Assembly (NCBI RefSeq): GCF_036971445.1
Contig: NC_091480.1
Location: forward strand, 71,548,001 to 71,612,000
Direction of reading: 5' to 3'
Length of the DNA: 64,000 bases
Source: Narcine bancroftii
Taxonomy: Eukaryota
The notes below the pieces were generated by a model. It saw only the letters and a program-made list of their open reading frames with translations. It had not been told where the DNA came from and made no database searches. Made by a program: the position numbers and the translations under genes. Below are positions 35,826-50,049 of the stretch, one piece after another; the stretch's first letter is position 1; the number at the start of each line of letters is the position of its first letter.

Positions 35826-37644
35826 AGAAAAGTACTGTTAGGGCCAGTGCAAAGGCATCATCTTTTACCAGTAAAGGTCAATATAAGAGTCGGATGATAG
35901 CAGGAAAGAAACAACCTTGAATCTGGAGGGTTTTGTTTTCAAGTACTTGTATCTTCTGTCTGATGGAAAGGGGAGAAGAGAGAATGACCAGGGTGGAATA
36001 GTCACTTATATAGAACCATAGAACATTATAGCACAGAAACAGGCCTTTTATCCCTTTTAGTCTGTGCTGATATGCACCCTCTGATTATGCACCCAGACCA
36101 TATCTCTCCATATTGGGTGGCACAGTTGGTGTAGGGTTAGCACAATGGTAGTGATGAGAACCAGGGTGCGACATTTTCCCACTGTCTGTGTGGGTTTTCC
36201 CTGGGGTCTCTGGTTTACTCCCACTCTTCAAAAATGTACTGGGGCTGTAGGTTAATTGGGTATAATTGGCGGCACAGGCTTGCTGTATGTCTAAATTTAA
36301 ATTTATACCCCACCCATCCATAGACCTGTTCAAATTTTTCTTAAATATCAAATTGTTCATGCATTTACCAATTCAGCTCCCAGCTCATTCCACACATTCC
36401 CACCACTCTTTGTGTGAAGAAGTTCCCCCTAATGTTCCCTTTAAATATTTCCCCTTTCAACCTTAACTCATGTCCTCTAGTTTTTAATCTCACCTAACCT
36501 CAGTGGGAAAAGCCTGCTTGCATTTACTCAGTCTATATCCCTCATAATTTTCGGTTTGTTGGCAGCTTTCCCGAGGCAGTGTGAGCTATAAGCGGAATGG
36601 ATGGATGGGAGGTCTGTGCGATGGCCTGATGGAAGCTCTCATTTTTACTCCACACCTATGTTGGCATCTCTGTTTCCATTGTTACAAAGGGGTAAGAGGG
36701 TCATGTGGTTTTTCAAATGGGGAGAGAGAGAGAGAGAGAATTCAGTTCTACAGTTCAGCAGCAGTAGCTGGGACTGGAACAGGACAAGCTGGCAAGCTTG
36801 TGGAAAAACCCCATTTTGAAGACAGGTTGTGAGTTCTTAGTTCAGCCTGGTCAAAGCCCTTGTGGTCCATACACGAGGAGAGGACTGGCTGCCTAATGTT
36901 TCACTTGAAATAAGAGAAACAAAAAGGAACTCTGTGGTGACCTGAAAGTGAGATGGGACAAGTTTCTTCGGCAAGACACTGACATGGCTGATGAGAAGGA
37001 ATCAGTTGTGGGTGTCCAGCGTACAACTGAGTTTCTCCAGCAAATGAGTTTCTACAACAAATCTCCCTCTGGGAATGGGAACACATTGCAATAACGTGTA
37101 TTTACTATGTGTGACTGATGGAAAATTTCTACCTTGGCACCAAACAACTTCTGGAGTTACTTCAATGAAGTGTGAGGCTGGACCACGTGACTTCCTTCTC
37201 CCCCTATCAAGGTTGACGCACCACTTTCTCATATCCTTTGGGATGCAAGAAAAAAACGTCCTTAATGTTGTTCTGTCCCCTCAGTCAATCGCCCATGTAT
37301 TACATCTCCAATACTTTCATAAACTGACAGACAAACTACGTGGAAGTAAATCACAAAAGTCTGCAGACACCGTGATTGAAGTAAAAATAATGCTGGAGAA
37401 ACTCAGCTGGTCAAGCGTGTAGTTTATGTCGCAGAGATGAAGATACATAACTGACGTTTCGGGCTTGAGCCCTTTATCAAGGTGTGGAAAAAAGGATACT
37501 CTTTGCTGCGTTTCACCATACTACTACTTTATTCATTTCATGCATATATGATGGTGTATTTCTACTTGTTTTCTAGGTGAATGGAAAGAGAACCACTACT
37601 GATATGAATAAAGAAGCAAAATTATTCCAATGGTGTCTAGGTAC

Positions 37645-37815
37645 CAGGGGTGCAGTGCTGCTGGAACTCACTGGAGCATTGCTCCAGCACCTCAGGGGGC
37701 TGCACCAGGCACCTCAGGGGACCGCTCCAGCACCTCAGGGGGGCTGCTTCAGGCACCTCCTTGTTGTCGTTTTTGGTGAGCTCCAGCACCTAAAAACATG
37801 AGCACTGCACCTCTG
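37645..37815. mobile_element. 171-bp hAT MITE with 15-bp TIRs and perfect 8-bp TSD CTAGGTAC
   Basis: caggggtgcagtgct / agcactgcacctctg. ctaggtac at 37637-37644 and 37816-37823. Internal gctccagcacctcagggg repeats. Confidence 0.9.
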
Positions 37816-39344
37816 CTAGGTACATACTGTATTTAAAGTTTAATCACATTCTTTAAAAATGAGTTCGGTGATGACTTAACTCCTCGTGGTTTATAAGAGA
37901 CTCCTGTGTGACAATCAGTTACCTTAACTTGGTCCAGAGTATTTCAGTTGTGAAGTACTGTGAGGTATCGTGAGGAAATGAAAGTTATCATAATCAATCC
38001 AATTTCTTTCTTACTTTTCGTTGATTAACTGTCTGTTCTCTCTTTGCACAAACCTTCCTGGAACAGACTGCAATAAGGTGTTACTTGTGAGAATGTATTC
38101 ACATGCCTGAAAATGTCTGGAATGCTATCAAGCTGATAGAGGCTGCAAGGGACATTTTCAAGCTCTGAAATTTTCTGCATGCTTCCAGGATCACAGGTAA
38201 ACAATTCCAGAGATAATATCAATGAAAGATCAAGGTAGTTTTTATATGTAGGGATTTTTACTTCAGCACCAGTTTTGTGAGAGCTGAGATGTATAATAAA
38301 AGACCACAGTCCTGGCAACTGACTTGAATGTGAATTTATACAGAATGACAATGCCTCCAGGTTGTTTCTGGGGAAAACATTAAAAATGAAGAGAAAGAGA
38401 GACTAGGAATGAGGATACACAGTGCTTGTACTGTACTATTTTTGACTGTTTCACTGAGTATAACATCTCTCCTGAGACTCACTAATGGACTAGCATGGTT
38501 GATATTCTCTTTCATGTCCTTATGTCTGTTCCAGGCCCCGTCAGGATTGTCTCTGCATTTCACATCACTTAATTCAGCCCTGTTTCATCTCTAGAAATCC
38601 TTACAGGCATCTTTTGCACATATTTTCTTTGCATTTTAGTTATGTCCATAAATTTATTTCTGCAGTAGATGGTCAATCAGTCATGCCAAATACTTTTGAC
38701 TTTTATCTCAGACCTCTTGACAAACATCACTTTGTTTGATTTTTTTCTGTTTCTGTCATTGCATTTTGTTTGTCAGGATCTTCATCCATTTATGAAATTT
38801 ATTTATTTGTATAGGCGTTCATTAAGGTAAAGACTATTTATTGGTTCCAGAGCCAATAATCCAGAGAGCATGAAGATTAATCCAGTCAAATTCTGTCACA
38901 GCAGCCAAGGAATTAAAAAAAAAGTTAATTAAGTGATCTGTCATCAAAACTTGTGTTGGCAAGATAAAGATTTCCTAATTGATGTTAACTTTTAAAGTGG
39001 AAAAAAAAGTTTGATGTCCTTGCATGTTAGTGCGAGAGACTCTTTGGATAATGCAATTTGTTGCATTAAAGAAAGAAAAAATTATGTTTGTATATTGCCT
39101 TCAGGAAATTCTAAAGTTTAAGGCAGCACTGTTAGCGGTTAGTGCAACACTGTTACTGTGCCAGCGATTGGGGGTGAATGTGGCGCTCTCTGTAAAGAGT
39201 TAGTACGTTCTCACTGTGTCTGCATGGGTTTCCTTCGCATACTCTGGTTTCCTCTCACCCTTCAAAACATACTGGGATTGTTGGTCAATTAGGTGTAATT
39301 GGGCGGCACAGGCTTTTGGGCCGAAAAGGCCAGTTACTGTGCTG

Positions 39345-39840
39345 TACAATGATAAATACAGCTTAGGAAAAAACAAAATACATACATGATATTTTCTATA
39401 TAAATTATAACCCCTGCAACCCCCCCCCCCAACCTCCACCTCCCTACCATAACCCACCCACCCCTCTCTAAACTACCCCCAAAGAAAAAAGGAAAGAAAG
39501 AAAGAAAGAGAGAGGAGATCACATAACATAAAACTCATCAATTAGTTGCCATGGTTCGGAACAACACCACTAATGCATGGAAAGGAGATTTAATAATTCA
39601 ACCCCATACAATTCAGATACAGGCTCCAAGTTTTAAGAAAAAAGGAATAATTATTATGTAAATTATATGTTTTATCTGTTCCCACTGAATACAAGATATC
39701 ATTTCCAAATGCCATTTCTGAATACTCAAATTAGCCTAATTTTTCCAAGTAATTGCCAAACATTTTCGAGCCACAGCTAAAGCCAATCTCAAAAAAGCGA
39801 TTTGAAATTTATTTAATTTTAACTCTAAACTCAATTCTTC
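39345..39840 (-). mobile_element. L1/Tx1-clade LINE 3' fragment
   Basis: Degenerate ORF2 C-terminus (LAVARKC.AITWK), similar to 48904..49161. Confidence 0.65.
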
Positions 39841-39919
39841 AGTTTTTGAAGACGATCATCATGGCCCTAACGGAAGTCAAGCCACCAATCTGCATATGAA
39901 AGATCCAACAAACAATGAT

Positions 39920-40080
39920 GCCATAATGATTGGATATCCTCTTCCCAGTTGTGCTGGGTAAAGGATAAATATTGACAAGGATAACTCCACTCCTCTTCAA
40001 AGTAATGCCTTGGGTCCTTTCACTTCTACCTGAGAGAAGAGCAGGCCCAAATTTAACTTCTTGTTTGAAGAAGGTACTTC
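39920..40080. mobile_element. Deu-domain SINE relic. A related relic at ~46375-46500.
   Basis: ctcctcttcaaagtaatgccttgggtcctttcac...ctgagaga...tttaac resembles the Deu core as I recall it. Confidence 0.5.
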
Positions 40081-41278
40081 CAACAATCAATTCCAAATTG
40101 GATGGTTGGCCACGAATTTTGGAGGCAACTGAGCTGCCAATTGTCAATGACAATCATAAAATACCAGACAAGGCAGAGTAGGGGCAGCAGGGTTAGTTTA
40201 TCAGTTCGCATTTCAGATTTCAGATTTATTGTCAGGGTACATACATGAAATCACATACAACCCTGAGATTCCTTTTTCCTGCGGGCCAGGCAGAATTGCC
40301 ACTTATTGGTAGTGCAAGAAATAAACTGTCCACATGTAAACAAATAAAGAACTAAACAGATAGCGAATGCAAACAAACTGTGCAATATAGAGAGAATTTT
40401 TAAAAAATCAATAAAATGCACAAGAGTCCTTAAATGAGACCCTGATTGAGTTTGTCATTGAGGAGTCTGATGGTGGAGGGGGAGCAACTGTTCCTGAACC
40501 TGGTGGGGTGGGTCTTGTGGTACCTACACCTCTTTACTGATGGTAGCGGTGAGAACAGAGCATGTAGATCATTGATGATTGCTGTTGCTCTCCAACGGCA
40601 GTGTTCCCTTTGGATGCTCTTGATAGTGGGGAGGGTTTTGCCTGTGATGTCCAGGGCTGTGTCCACTACGTTTGCAGGGCCTTACGCTGAGGGGTATTGG
40701 TGTCTCCATATGGCAACATGATGCAGCTGGTCAGCACATTCCCCACCACACACCTGTAGAAATTTGCTAGGTTTCTTGTGTCATACCAAGTAGCATAACA
40801 CCATTACAGTGCAGGTGACCTGGGTTTGAATTTGGTGCTGTCTGTAAGGAGTTTATACGTTCTCCCCGGGTATATGTGGGCTTCCTCCAGGTTGTTCAGT
40901 TTTCTCCCACCCTCCAAAAATGAACAAAGTTAGTAGCTTAATTGGTCACATGGACGTATTTGGGTAGTGTGGGCTCATGGGCCTGAAGGGCCTGTTACTG
41001 TGTTGTATCTCTAAATTCATTAAAAAAAATTAAATAAATCCTTCAAAAAAAAATTGAAAATTATTGAAACTAAATTATGTGTAGAAATCCTGAATTAACT
41101 CAGCAGTAGAAGGCACATTCCTCTGGCACGAAACCCTCTTCCTTCTACCTACAAAGTTGCAGTGGTGGGGAACAATCTTGCTGAGCTTCTCAAAACTTGG
41201 AGCAGGATCGGTGTCCAACAAGGATGGGAGTGAAGAAAGCAACATTTCTTTTTTTAATCACTTCGCTTATGTTTAATT

Positions 41279-41559
41279 ACACTGGTCAACAATTTTTTTT
41301 CATAAGGTTTGCTTCCTAAAAAAGAAATTGGGGATTATAATAAACAACTTCAAGCTGAACACAAAGAAAATTTCAGATTTTCCGTATCACATAGGAAGTT
41401 GGAGAAACATTAAATATGACAGGAAATCACAAAAATAGGTTATATCTAAAAATCAGTATGTGACGTGAAAAGTTTAAGGCGATTTTCGTGATCAGCAGTC
41501 CAAATTCCATAAAATACTCCCAAAGTGTTCAGAAAGCAAAATCTTCATTATCCAGTGTT
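41279..41559. mobile_element. Degraded Tc1/mariner-like MITE
   Basis: Imperfect TIR acactgg.caa / ttatccagtgt, with TA next to the ends. Confidence 0.4.
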
Positions 41560-42775
41560 ATTTCAATTATAAAATAAAACAATTTAATAGTTTAAAATGC
41601 ATATTTTAAAAATTATTCACCTCCATTCAAACAGTTCTGATATGCCATAGGCCTTGCTAGCACTCAAACCTTGCAGCAGTCTTCTGTGCTGTCGGCCATT
41701 GAGGTGCACTCACTCTATCCAGAGGATATGGAGGTGGTGGGTTATCACAGGGTGTGGTGTAAAACAGGGTAGCTTTGCTAGCAAGATCCTCCCCCCCCCC
41801 CCCCCCACCACCCTCTGAATCTATTCTACACTTCCATTTTATTTCTTGTTGACTTTGACATTTCTGTGCACATTACCCAGTTGCACATTGATCAGGTACA
41901 GCAGTCTGTGATGCACGGTTGCACTTTGGTTTATGCACTGATTAAATGTCGCAGGCGTTTAACAAAATCAATAGAAGCTGCAGAAGGTCTCCAACCTACT
42001 TCATCATTCAATAACATAACTCCATAGTTTTCGTCCACTAACCCTTGATTCGCAAGGAATTCAAAAACCTATGGATATCACCCTTCAATATGTCCAGCAA
42101 CTGCACATCCATAGGGTAGAGAAGATGAACGACCTTCCTTTAATCATGAACATATTTGACCAATAACAAATAGAAAACACAGAAATGCTGGAGGAACTCA
42201 GCTGGTCTCACAGTGTCCATAGGAGGTAAAGATATATAAGGCCTTCCTGACTCGACTTATTGCTTGAAGAAGGGCTCAGGCCCGAAATGACGATGATATA
42301 TCTTTACTTCCTGCGAGACCAGCCGAGTTCCTCCAGCATTTCAGTGTGTTTTTACTACAATCACAGCATCTGCAGACTTTAGTGTTTCACTCCACAATAT
42401 CCAATTGGCCAGAAAATTATATTGCATCAATCTATCAAAACTAATGTGCCGACATTTCCCAACACAGACAATACAGCTACGTTTTTGTGCTCTCCTATGT
42501 CTGTGGTCTGTTGCATGTAACGTCATGGAGTCATACAGCACAGAAAATGGCCCCTTGAACCAATCATCTATGACTTCAGGTGCCCCCCTACCTACGAAGG
42601 TCTGATATGATTTTTCAAAGTTACGACTGTTGTTATTTACTTTCATGTAATATGTTAAAGTGAGGTCACCACAAGCATTGTTGATTTTTCCAGAAACGTT
42701 GATAATTCCTCTAAGGTGAATTCTTTGTAGCCTACTTGGTCAATCACTTCTTTTAGTTCAGTCAGAAAGCTTGCA

Positions 42776-42968
42776 GGGACTGATACAGGGCTGTCAGGAG
42801 AGAGTGGGGCAGTGGGATCGGTGTTGGGAATGATAAAGGACTGTGGGGAGAGAACGGGTCAGTGCGATCAGTGTGGGGACTGATACAGCGCTGTCAGGAG
42901 AGAGCGGGCAGTGTGACCAGTGTGGGGACTGATAAAAGGCTGTGGGGAGAGAGCAGGGCAGTGGGATC
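42776..42968. repeat. Minisatellite of four ~50-bp units with A/B alternation
   Basis: gggactgatacag.gctgtcaggagagag alternates with ggga.tgataaa.g.ctgtggggagaga. Confidence 0.85.
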
Positions 42969-42971
42969 ATC

Positions 42972-45900
42972 AGCCCCTTTTAAACTGCTGCACCTGGGTC
43001 GCCCTCCTAGGCCCCGGGTACAATTACTGGGGCAAAGGTGCTCCCCGCACCTTTCAAATCGCTGGGGGATCGACCCATTAAATCGCCAACGTGGCAATTT
43101 AAGGGGGATCCCACCCCCGTGATGATGAGTCGAATGATGCGTCACGCACGCACGGGAAGTACTGCTGTATTGCTGTATGTGAGGAATCAAAGGCCTAATG
43201 GTGACTGGGACTGATCTTCAATGCAACTCTGCTGTGCTGTAGTACAGCAGGCAACTAGTCTGGCCACCACTGTCAGGCGAATGCTGCAGTCAGTTGAGGA
43301 GCAGCAGGGTATAAACACTGTGGTTTTCAGTAGATGGCTGGAGGAGGATGCAGAGGATAGGCAGACTTCTAAAGGCAGACAGAGACGTAGGCGGCCGGCT
43401 TCTTTCACCTCCTGTTGGAAATCAGTGTGAGGATAGAGCATAGGGGCCAGTACTGTGGGGGAACATCGAGTTCAAATTTGATGATGTGGAGTGGCGGACT
43501 CATTTCTGAATGTTGAAGAGCACCTTCGCCTTCATATGTGACCTCCTCAAGCCAGATTTGATGCGTCAGGTTACGAACTTCAGAAGTCCTCTGGAACCTC
43601 CTCTGGAATGTCCGGCTTGCTATTGCCTTTGTGATGGTATGCCACCCCATGTGGATATCGTACCATCAGTGTTCTTTTTGGTGTTGGTGTGGGTGGTCGT
43701 GAACAGGTGACTTGTGCCCTGAGATGGACCCTCATGAAGCGTTTCATTCAGGTACCAAGTGGGACACGCCTTCAGGAGACTATAAATGGGCTTGCCGAGA
43801 AAGAATATTCAAAGTGCGCTGGGGCTATCGACGGCACACATACTCCCATCACGGCCCCAAAAGATTACCAATCATCCTACTACAACCGTAAGGAGTGGCA
43901 CTCTATAATTCTTCAAGCTGTCGTAGACCACAAAGGACAATAAGGGAGTTAGGCTCTCTCTAATTTTGTCTGCCTGCGGAAGCAGGTGCCCACAGGTTGT
44001 TACTCATTGATTGCGCTGTTTCCTTTCCGGTTCACAGACATGCTTGTGGGATGGCCCTGCCGCACTCATGATGCTTGGGTTTTAGCCAACTCACCCCTTT
44101 ACAGGAAGGCAGTGGATGCAGGTGGCTATTTGTTCCCACAGGAAGTATGTATCTGCACCACAATGGGCAGATTGTGTCCAGGGCTGAAATAAATTATTAT
44201 TCCACCAAGACACACGTACACAGACAGCAGAATGGATGTTAAATGTGTGCATGCATTCAACAATGGGTGAGCTAAATGTGATACTCACACATCTATTCTG
44301 GACTGGTTACAATTATCCATGTACTTTGACAATGCGGAGATTCCAGCACATCTGGTCAGGGACCCTGCCTACCCCCTCAGGAATTGCTTATGAAGGGGTT
44401 CCCACAGCATCGTGCTCTCTACCCCCAGAATTGGAGGTCCAACCTTCGTCTAAGTTCGGCACGGATAGTGGTTGAGAATGCCTTTGGAGGCATTTGAGCA
44501 AACGGTTAGAGATCAGTGAGTCGTTCATGTCGGATGTTGTCATTGCCTGCTGCGTCCTGCATAACATGTGCCAGATTAATAAGGATAACTACCTGTCTGA
44601 GAAGAACATCACTCCAGAGCAGGAGCTCCGTCAGCCAGAGAGAAATTCTTTGTGTGGTTCTACAGCGCGTGTTGCCCATGCCTTCCGTGATGCCATTGTG
44701 TCAACTATGTAAACGTTGGACATTGGAGACTGTGAGATGATGTCAAAGTTCAGGTTTTTTGGATTACAATAGGAAAATTATCATGCAGCAAAATTCAAAG
44801 TAACTCAGTAAAGATTTGTATAGGCATGCAGTGCAATGTTTTAAAAGTACCCGCGCAAATGTACAACTGGCTGTCTCCAGTCATCATGCATTACTGCCAT
44901 GTGCATTTAATATGATGGTTTAATGCCTTACATTCTTTACTTGTGGCTCCATAATGTTTGATATCTTATAAAAACGTTGCATATGGACACCAGTGCTTAT
45001 CAGTCCTTTAACCTTTTCCTAGCGTTCATGCTCTGTGCAGAACATCGGTAAAAAGTAATACACAATAAAAGATAAACAGAATACAATGCACAATGTTCTT
45101 TCTCTCCTTTAATTGACCCGTGCATTAGCTTATCAACCTCAATACATTCATGTAGTTGCAGCAATGTGAGATAGCATAAAAAAACATTTGCTTAGCCCAC
45201 ACCACTGTGTGTCTGTGTCTCCATGTAAACATATTACCTGCTAATAATGTGCAACATTGTGCGTCACAGGACATTGAAATACAAAACTCTCATTTACTGA
45301 CCACTACAGCACTGCTGAGAGGATGAGGGGAAGGTAAAAGGACATAGACAATCTCCCCTTAGGACTGGTTGGCATCTACAGCAGTGGGAATGACCTCCTG
45401 CTGTGGGGTGGCCTGCAGGTAACGGGTGAATTGCAATTGGGCCTGCATCGGGACATTGGAGGAGGTGTAGAGCTCGTCGAAAGAATCAAAGACTTGTTGA
45501 TCCAAACCAAGGCCTTTATTAGCAAAAGACAGGAGCTCTTCACAGGTGGCCGACCAGTCCGGAATGATCCGACCTGGCTAGGGACACAACCCTTTAAGGC
45601 CCAGACAGTAGGCGTGGCTTAGCTCTCAGCCAATCGCTGTAAGCACGGTCTAGATACTGTAACTATATACACTATATACATTGGTGATAGATCTGTACTA
45701 TCACAGGAGGCAGCAGGCTACTGGGAGAGTGATGTGATGGGAAGGGTTGGGGTGGGGAGGGGGGGCATGTGAAAGGGACGTTGTGGAGGTCTGGACAGAA
45801 ATGCAATGGAGCAGTTCATAAGGCACACCATTTCCCGCATCATTGAGGTCTGCCCCGGCATGACATGTTGAAGGGTGGTCAGGATCCCCTCGACGCTGTC

Positions 45901-46022
45901 CAGGCTGCGCTTCACTGCACCCTGTAGACACCTGTACTCCTCCAGTCTCATCTCCTGCCACCATGGTTACATTCCTCTTCCTCCCCCGCTGTCAGAATCA
46001 TTTAAATGCAAGTCTTCCTCCT
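42972..46022 (+). mobile_element. PIF/Harbinger DNA transposon fossil. Candidate left end at ~42972, transposase pseudogene ~43200-44712, candidate convergent second (Myb/SANT-type) gene remnant ~45350-46020 on the minus strand.
   Basis: FRM.KSTF..ICD.L, GAIDGTH.PI.AP....YYNRK..HSI.LQAVVD, GWP..THDA.VL.NS.LY, D.AYP, SSAR..VENAFG and ACCVLHN motifs, with stops and frameshifts. The second gene is an inference. Confidence 0.85.
45466..45705 (-). mobile_element. Solo LTR inserted in the Harbinger element, TSD GGAGG
   Basis: TG...CA termini, minus-strand AATAAA at 45515-45520, ggagg on both flanks. Confidence 0.85.
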
Positions 46023-48501
46023 ATAAAAGAAGCAAAACACTGCAGATTCTGGAAACATGAATCAAAACACAATGCTAGAAACACCGCAGATTAGGCAGCA
46101 TCCATGGAGAGAGAGCCAATGAATATTTTAGGTTAACATCCATATTTTTGCAGTGGCAGTATTAGTTAATTCTGGCCAGTAAATATCAGTCCTATCTTGA
46201 GCTGTTCAAACATCCATGGTGAATATTGTAATAAAACTCACCAAGAAGAACATGGAAGAGAACAGCAGAGTCCAGGTCCTTTGGCTCATGAGGTTGTGTT
46301 GACCTCCTCCACATTAATCTAATCCTTTCCAACCTCACAGCCTGTTCTACTTCATTCATTCATTCCATTGAGGGATTTAGCTCAGTATTAGTGGCATAAT
46401 TTGTTCTGTCATCAAATGCTTGAAGTGTACCCGCACTCATCTTGTAGGTGAAACATTAAACTCAGGCTCTCTCAGATAGATCTGAATTCAATGAGGTATA
46501 TCCTTACCTGTTGCAAATCTTTTTGCAGCAGAAATGATAAATGGTTTTAATGAGTCAGTGATTAACTAACTCCTCCCTCGAGGACCCAACTACCCCTCAG
46601 GGCCTTCTGATCCCACTGAAAGAAAAAAAAGAATTATGGGTGGTGTGATGTCACAGCTGGGATAACTGCTGGCTTACAGCGTCAGTGGAATCACCCTCAC
46701 TATTGCAAACTCTCCATCTGACGGTGCAGAATTTCCCCTGGAAGCTCATTTGCTTTTCACATTTCAGTGATGTATGGGTTGGGAGGTTAGAACCATAGAA
46801 CACTACAGCACAGAAAACAGACCCTGTTCTAGCCGGTGCTGAAACATTCATTAGTGGCACTGACCTGCGCCCATTCCTCAACCCTCTCCCAACTTAAGAG
46901 GGAGCCCGCATTTACCACGTTAGATGGCAGCTCGTTCCACACTCCCACCACTCTCTGAGTGAAGAGGCTCTCCCTAAACATTTCCCCTTTAATCCTAAAG
47001 CCATGTCCTCTCGTATTTACCTCTCCTAATCTAATTTGAAAGAGCCTACTTGCATTTATTCTGTCAATACCCCTCATAAGCTTGTAAACCTCTAAAAAAA
47101 ATTTCCCTCATTCTTCTACACTCCAAGGAATAAAGTCGTAACCCGTTTAACCTTTCCCAGCAACATTCTAGTAAATCTTCTCTTCACTCTTTCGATCTTA
47201 CTGATATCCTTACTGTAATTTGGCGATGAGAACTGCACACAATACTCCAATTTGGCCTCACCAATGTCTTGTACAACCTTACCAAAACATCCCAACTCCT
47301 GTTCTCAATACTTTGATTTATGAAGGCCAAGATGCCAAAAGCTTTCTTTACAACCCTGTCTACCTTTGACGCCACTTTAAGGGAATTATATATCTGTATT
47401 CTCAGATCCCTGTGTTCTATCGCACTCCTCCATCCCCTACCATTTACTTTGTATGTCCCATCTTGGTTTGTCCTTCCAAAATGCAACACCTCACACTTGT
47501 CTGCTTTAAACTTCACCTGGCATTTTCTGGCCCATTTTTCCAGTTGGTCCAGATCCCTCTGCAAGCTTTGAAAGCCTTCCTCGTTGTCCACAACACCTTC
47601 AATCTTAGTGTCATCAGCAAACCTGCTGATATAATTTACTACATTATCTTCCAGATCAGTGATATAGACAACAAACAACAATGGTCCCAGCACCGATCCC
47701 TGAGGCACATCACTAGTCACAGGCCTCCAGTCTGAGAAGCAATCACCCACTACCACTCTCTGACTTCTCCCATTCAGCCAATTTCAAATCCAGTTTACCA
47801 CCTCTCTATGGATACCTAATGTCTGAACTTTCTGAACTAACCTCCCATATGGGACCTTGTTAAAGGCCTTTCTAAAGTCCATGTAGACAACATCCACAGC
47901 CTTTCCTTCATCAACATTTTTGGCAACCTCCTCAAAAATCTCTACAAGATTCGTTAAACACGACCTATCACACTCAAAGCCACACTGACTATCCTTAATC
48001 AACCCTTGGCTGCCCAAATACTTGTATATCCCATCTCTCAGAATACCCTTCAATCATTTACCTCCTCCTGAAATTAGGCTCACCGGCCTATAATTTCCTG
48101 GTTTATTTTTGGAGTATTTTTTAAACAATGGAACAACATGAGCTACCCTCCAATTCTTCAGCACCTCACCCGTGGCTAAGGACATATTAAATATTTCTTC
48201 CAGGGCTCCTGCAATTTCTACACTTGTCTTCCTCAAGGCCTGAGGGAATATCATGTCAGGCCCTGTGGATTTATCAACTCTTATTCACTGTAAGCAGCAA
48301 GCACCTCCTCCTCTTTAATCTCTACATCTCCTGTGCTGCTACTGCTTGTTTCCCTTCTTTCCTTATGCATTATGCCCGCTTCCTAAGTAAATACTGATGC
48401 ATAAATCTGTTTGATCTCCCCACTTTGTGAAGCTCCACACATAGATGGCCACTCTGATCTTCTCAGGGACCAATTTTGTCCCTTATTATCCTTTTACTCC
48501 T

Positions 48502-49960
48502 TTTTTTGATCACTTTATTTACATTTAAAATCAACATGAAAACATGAAATTCATTAATTACAAAAAAGAAACACAATCTTATCATTCAATGTTGATTTTG
48601 AGAAGGAAAAAAAAAAGAAAAAAAAAAGGAGCCCTCTCCCTCCCCCCTCCATCCACCCGGGGGGAAAAAAAGGGAGAGAAATAGTCAATATAATTGAAGA
48701 GAGAAAAGGAAGAGACAAAAAAAAAGGGAAAAGGTTTAATTGGTTCATGAATCTCCTGCCAAGGGGCAAATGTCCTGACTTACCCAGAATCCCAGGTGGT
48801 TCCCGGATGCAGGGGGCCGAGGGCAGAGGGACCATCATTAACAATCTACACCTACGTGTTGAAGATACGGACTCCAAATTTTTAGAAAAACATTGTAATT
48901 TCTCTACAGGGGAATATAAGCATATATTTCTGTTTTCCAATGGATCATATCTGGATAGGAATCAGATTTCCAGGTAACTACTATACATTTCCGGGCCACC
49001 GCCAATGCGATCTTTACAAATTCTAATTGGTGTTTCGACAGCCTCACTTTAGCCTTACATCTGCTATATTTCCTCAATATAAACAATTCCAGCATCTGTA
49101 TAAATTGAACCTTAGTGATTTGTTCTAAAAGATTTCCCAAATCGTCCCAGAAAGGCCTCACCTTGGAACGACCAGGTTGAATGCAAATAGGTTCCTGTTT
49201 CTTTGCCGCATCTAAAACATTGATCTGATATTTCTGATTTTAGTTTGTGTAATTTTTATGGCGTAAGATATAGTTGGTGCAAAATACTGTATTGGGCCAA
49301 TGTATAACTTATGTTAATAGTATTGGTCATGCTGTCCCAACATAAGTTGGACCAGACTTTTTTATCAATCAGTTTACCCAAAACTGTCTCTCACCTTTGT
49401 CTAGATTTATGTAACCCCTGTTTCGGGGAACCCATTTGAAGTAGGAAATACGCTTTTGAATGAAATTTCTTTGTCCTCCCCTTTCAAACCAGCCTCTACT
49501 TCACTGCACTGTGGTGAGGTGATCATTGGGCTCAATTTCTCCCTTAAATAAAGTCTTAATTGAAAATAGCAGAAGATAGTATTATTAGTTACACCATATT
49601 TGGCTTTTAATTGATCAAATAACATTAATTTCCCCTGTTCATAACAATCCCTGATACACCTGATCCTTTTTTGGGACCAGGTGCCCAAGATTTTATTGTC
49701 CAGTATTAAAGGTGTAAACCTATTCTGAGCTAGAGGTATTTTAGGAGATGCTCTCTTTAGTCCTGATTTGATCATTTATTTTATGCCAAATATTAATTAT
49801 TTGTTTTAATAAGGGGGGGGGGGGTTCTTTTACACCCAAAATTAATTTTGAATTCCATTTATATATAAAATCTTCTACTATGCGCTCTGCAACCTTATGC
49901 AGCTCTATTTTTGCCCAAGAAGGCTTATCTCTTCTGTAAAACTGTCCTTTTACCCTTAAC
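48502..49960 (-). mobile_element. L1/Tx1-clade LINE 3' portion nested in CR1
   Basis: ORFs 48904..49161, 49407..49775 and 49741..49962. Minus-strand AATAAA and A-tail at ~48502-48520. Confidence 0.8.
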
Positions 49961-50049
49961 ATACTTGTAGAAACCCTTCGGAGTTACCTTCAAATTATCT
50001 GACAAAGCAACCTCATGTCTTCATTTTGCCTTCCTGATTTCCTTAAATA

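Noticed and set aside
43200-44712. Domesticated HARBI1 gene
   Set aside because: Multiple stops, frameshifts and decayed splice sites indicate a transposon fossil.
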